Shown here one piece after another: positions 61,373-64,000 of a stretch of 64,000 nt of DNA; position 1 is the first letter of the stretch, and every line of letters starts with the position of its first letter. Made by a program: the position numbers and the translations under genes. This DNA is from Candidatus Poribacteria bacterium (GTDB lineage Bacteria; Poribacteria; WGA-4E; WGA-3G): positions 1,568,001 through 1,632,000 of the forward strand of contig OZ240248.1 in assembly GCA_965198235.1 (NCBI GenBank). Reading direction: 5' to 3'. The notes below the pieces were generated by a model. The model saw only the letters and a list, made by a program, of their open reading frames with translations, did not search any database and was not told the origin of the DNA.

Positions 61373-62430
61373 TTACGACTTCGCTAACGCTTTCAAAACG
61401 TGTTGATGGAGTTTTCCGTTGGTTGCGATGATACCGCGATTCTTATGCATCCGCTTTCCTGTCAGAAAGTTGAGAGGAATGCCGTTCGCGTCTGTTACCG
61501 TGCCTCCTGCTTCTTCAACTACGATAAGTCCTGCAGCGTGGTCCCAGATGCATTCGCGGTAATCTGGGTAAGCCGGATTCGGAAGACGGATATAGAGCGA
61601 CGCTTCGCCACGGGAAACGATGCCGTACTTCGCTTGGCTGTCCATGCGGATGGGCGATTCTGTAATTCCGAGGGCATTCGCAATGCTACTGTGTGCATCA
61701 CTGTCCCCGTGCGTGGATTCGAAGCTCTCTGCGAAGCGATGTACCGCTTCCGATACGTGTACTTGCTCTATGAAGTCCCCTGCTTTAGTGTAGAGCCGCG
61801 TGCCTTCGCCGCGGATGGCGACAAAGAGGCATCCATGTTCTGCGTTTCCATCGTTCAACCGGTACGGCAAGTTTGGGCACCCTAAAACGCCGAGTTGAAC
61901 AGTGCCATTGACGATATAAGCCAAGGCGATTGCGTACTGATCGCGACGAAGAAAGCCTTTCGTGCCGTCAATTGGGTCAAGTGTCCAGAAGTTCGGTCCA
62001 ACCTCACCACTTCCCCGATCAATCCATTCACAGACAGTTTCTGCTGAGTGCAGTGTGTCTTTGCAAAATCGGTTCACATAACCTGTGACGCGTTCTAAGA
62101 GCGAGGCGTTCTCTTTCAGTGCCTGCGCGCTTTCCTCAGCAACAATAACGTCGTCGGGAAAAGCATCGCCAATTGCCTTGCATATCAGTGCCTGTGATCC
62201 GAAGTCGGCGACAGTTACGGGACTCCGGTCTGTCTTTTGGATTGCATCTGTTGGCACCATCTCAGCTTGCACCTGTTCGCAGAGTTGCATGGCTTTTATC
62301 ACAGCGTCAATGGCAGTTTGTACTTTGGCTATCGGCTCGAACCCCCAACTCGTGCTTTGCTGTCTTGTATCGGAGTCGAGTTGGGGATTCGGGCTTTCAG
62401 CCGTCAGCAAAGAGGGTTTTTGATTTGTCA
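61373..62430 (-). CDS. 3'(2'),5'-bisphosphate nucleotidase (HAL2/SAL1 type); start uncertain
   Basis: SPVTVADF, WTLDPIDGTKGFLR, MDSQAKY, IWDHAAG. Confidence 0.9.
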
Positions 62431-62523
62431 TCGGTTTCCTGTTTGGTTTGAAAGTTTCCAAAAACTGGTAGAGAGCCCGCTGACAGCCGAAGGTTCTCAC
62501 TGCGAAGCAGGCTGACCGCTATT

Positions 62524-63171
62524 TCAGCGTCTGTTGAATTGGTTCATTGCTGTAAGAATATCATCTTTGACGAAGGTTTCAATGGCATCAACGGCACGGT
62601 CGATGGTATGTGCTATCTCAATTTCTTCGTCTTCTGTAAAACCCGTAAGAACATAATCGGTTAAGTCGCCGATGGATTCGCCGATGCCGATGCGTAAGCG
62701 CGGAAAAGCAGTAGTGCCCAAATGATGGATGATAGACTTCATTCCCTTCTGACCTCCATCACTCCCCTTCTGCCGCATCCGAAGCACACCGATGTCTAAG
62801 TGAATATCATCGTAGACGATGCACAGTTCCGGGGATGAAATCTCGAACTGCCTAACAAGTGCGGCGACAGCGGTGCCACTGTTGTTCATATATGTCATCG
62901 GCTTCGCGAGGATAATAGGGACGTCGTGCCATGTCGTCTGCATAACGAGTGATTTGCAAATTGATGTATGGGTCAAATGGCTATCGGAAACCATCGGCTT
63001 TCGGCTATCAGTGCCAAGAGGTTTTCGTTTAATGACACCCTCTTGCTGACTGCTGACTGCTGATGGCTGACGGCTATTTTCGTAGAGTGCGTCAATCACG
63101 CGAAAACCGACGTTATGTTTGGTCTGCTCGTAGCGTATCCCTGGATTGCCGAGTCCAACAATGAGTTTCAC
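62524..63171 (-). CDS. pth: Peptidyl-tRNA hydrolase with a 31-aa repeat-derived insertion
   Basis: GLGNPG, HNVGF, KPMTYMNNSG, RLRIGIG. Confidence 0.93.
   Translation of the reverse strand: MKLIVGLGNPGIRYEQTKHNVGFRVIDALYENSRQPSAVSSQQEGVIKRKPLGTDSRKPMVSDSHLTHTSICKSLVMQTTWHDVPIILAKPMTYMNNSGTAVAALVRQFEISSPELCIVYDDIHLDIGVLRMRQKGSDGGQKGMKSIIHHLGTTAFPRLRIGIGESIGDLTDYVLTGFTEDEEIEIAHTIDRAVDAIETFVKDDILTAMNQFNRR
62979..63077. repeat. Family C element inside pth
   Basis: Heptamer-ladder palindrome with GGCTAT direct repeats 93 nt apart. Confidence 0.85.
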
Positions 63172-63172
63172 T

Positions 63173-63406
63173 TTTTAATTATACCTTGCGGATAAGTAAC
63201 GGAGTTTGTAACTTGACACTTTTCGTGTTTGAGTTGAAGAAACACCCAAGCAATACGCAGAAATACCCAAGCAAAAACACCCTGCGCCGTTGTTGCAGGC
63301 TTGGTTTTTGATGTATCCTGTATTCCTTTTTAAAGATAGACAAGCGTTTCACCAGAAACCTGCCCGTAATGAAATGGAGGGCAGTCCAAGAGTCCATAAA
63401 TTAAAG
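63173..63406. repeat. Family A element with word array
   Basis: CTGCC-CGTAATGAAATGGAG-GGCAG at 63360-63384. Confidence 0.75.
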
Positions 63407-63408
63407 TC

Positions 63409-64000
63409 CTATTGAAGCAGATGTAGAGGTTGTGAAAGGTTGAGGTGTCCCGCGAGCGTTTTCACTTCCTCGCCATCAATTAAAATCTGAACCTGTTCAA
63501 TTTCATCAGGAAATGCGTCGAATACGGTTTTGAGAATTGCCGTAACGGTCAAAAGTTCTGCTGTTGTTCCGCCGATATGTCCATTGGTGAGATGGCTTGA
63601 AAAGTCCAAGTATGCGGTTTGTTGACTATCGATGTAGGCTTCGTTCAGGACTGTTCCACGCGGAATCGTGTTTCTAAAGTTGGGTGGTGTTTCCTGAATG
63701 AGTGCTGTGACTATTTGACTCAAACGTTTGGTAAGTTCGACATGGAGTCGTCGTTCGGTTTTAACCGGGACAAGTGTTGGTGCAGTGGTGTCGAGAAGAA
63801 ATAGATTAACCTCTTGTGGTGGGGGTGGTATGTCTGACGGGTTAGCGGCGATGGGCAATGGTGGGGGTGCTGTCGGAACCGCCGATTGCTTTGACCGTTC
63901 AATCAAATATAACGTCACACTGAGGCCAACTGCAACGAGAACTAAGGTTATTCCCCATATCACTAAAAGTCTTGAAAACCCGGCACTACTGTTATGTTTC
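63409..64000 (-). CDS. GerMN domain protein (5' end probably beyond the window)
   Basis: IPRGT, AYLDFS, GGTTAE, VQILIDG..TLAGH; frame is open to the window edge. Confidence 0.85.
   Translation of the reverse strand, partial: KHNSSAGFSRLLVIWGITLVLVAVGLSVTLYLIERSKQSAVPTAPPPLPIAANPSDIPPPPQEVNLFLLDTTAPTLVPVKTERRLHVELTKRLSQIVTALIQETPPNFRNTIPRGTVLNEAYIDSQQTAYLDFSSHLTNGHIGGTTAELLTVTAILKTVFDAFPDEIEQVQILIDGEEVKTLAGHLNLSQPLHLLQ

Overview
Bacterial window, probably Candidatus Poribacteria. This is inferred from LamG proteins ending in a '...LTTTWGxIK' tail, a dockerin plus FlgD/T9SS-type C-terminal protein, a long WD40 protein, and many PhyH and Gfo/Idh/MocA paralogs. Core genes include lpxI, lpxA, lpxC-fabZ, mltG, ruvX, a UbiB-family kinase and pth. 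An accessory island at ~16.0-24.9 kb holds a complete IS200/IS605-family IsrB (OMEGA) element inside a dead vapC, with guide and TAM reconstructable, plus a Type III-like R-M pair and two antitoxin paralogs. A putative sigma54 operon at 26.4-29.8 kb encodes an unannotated selenoprotein (UGA plus SECIS-like hairpin). The most unusual signal is non-coding. Many intergenic gaps contain modular, nested hairpin repeats with covarying stems around a conserved 15-nt loop. These often abut start codons, insert in frame into proteins such as Pth, border gene remnants, and share a recurring NN->GGTTT micro-substitution. No rRNA, tRNA or CRISPR array was seen. All calls were made by eye, so repeat boundaries are approximate.
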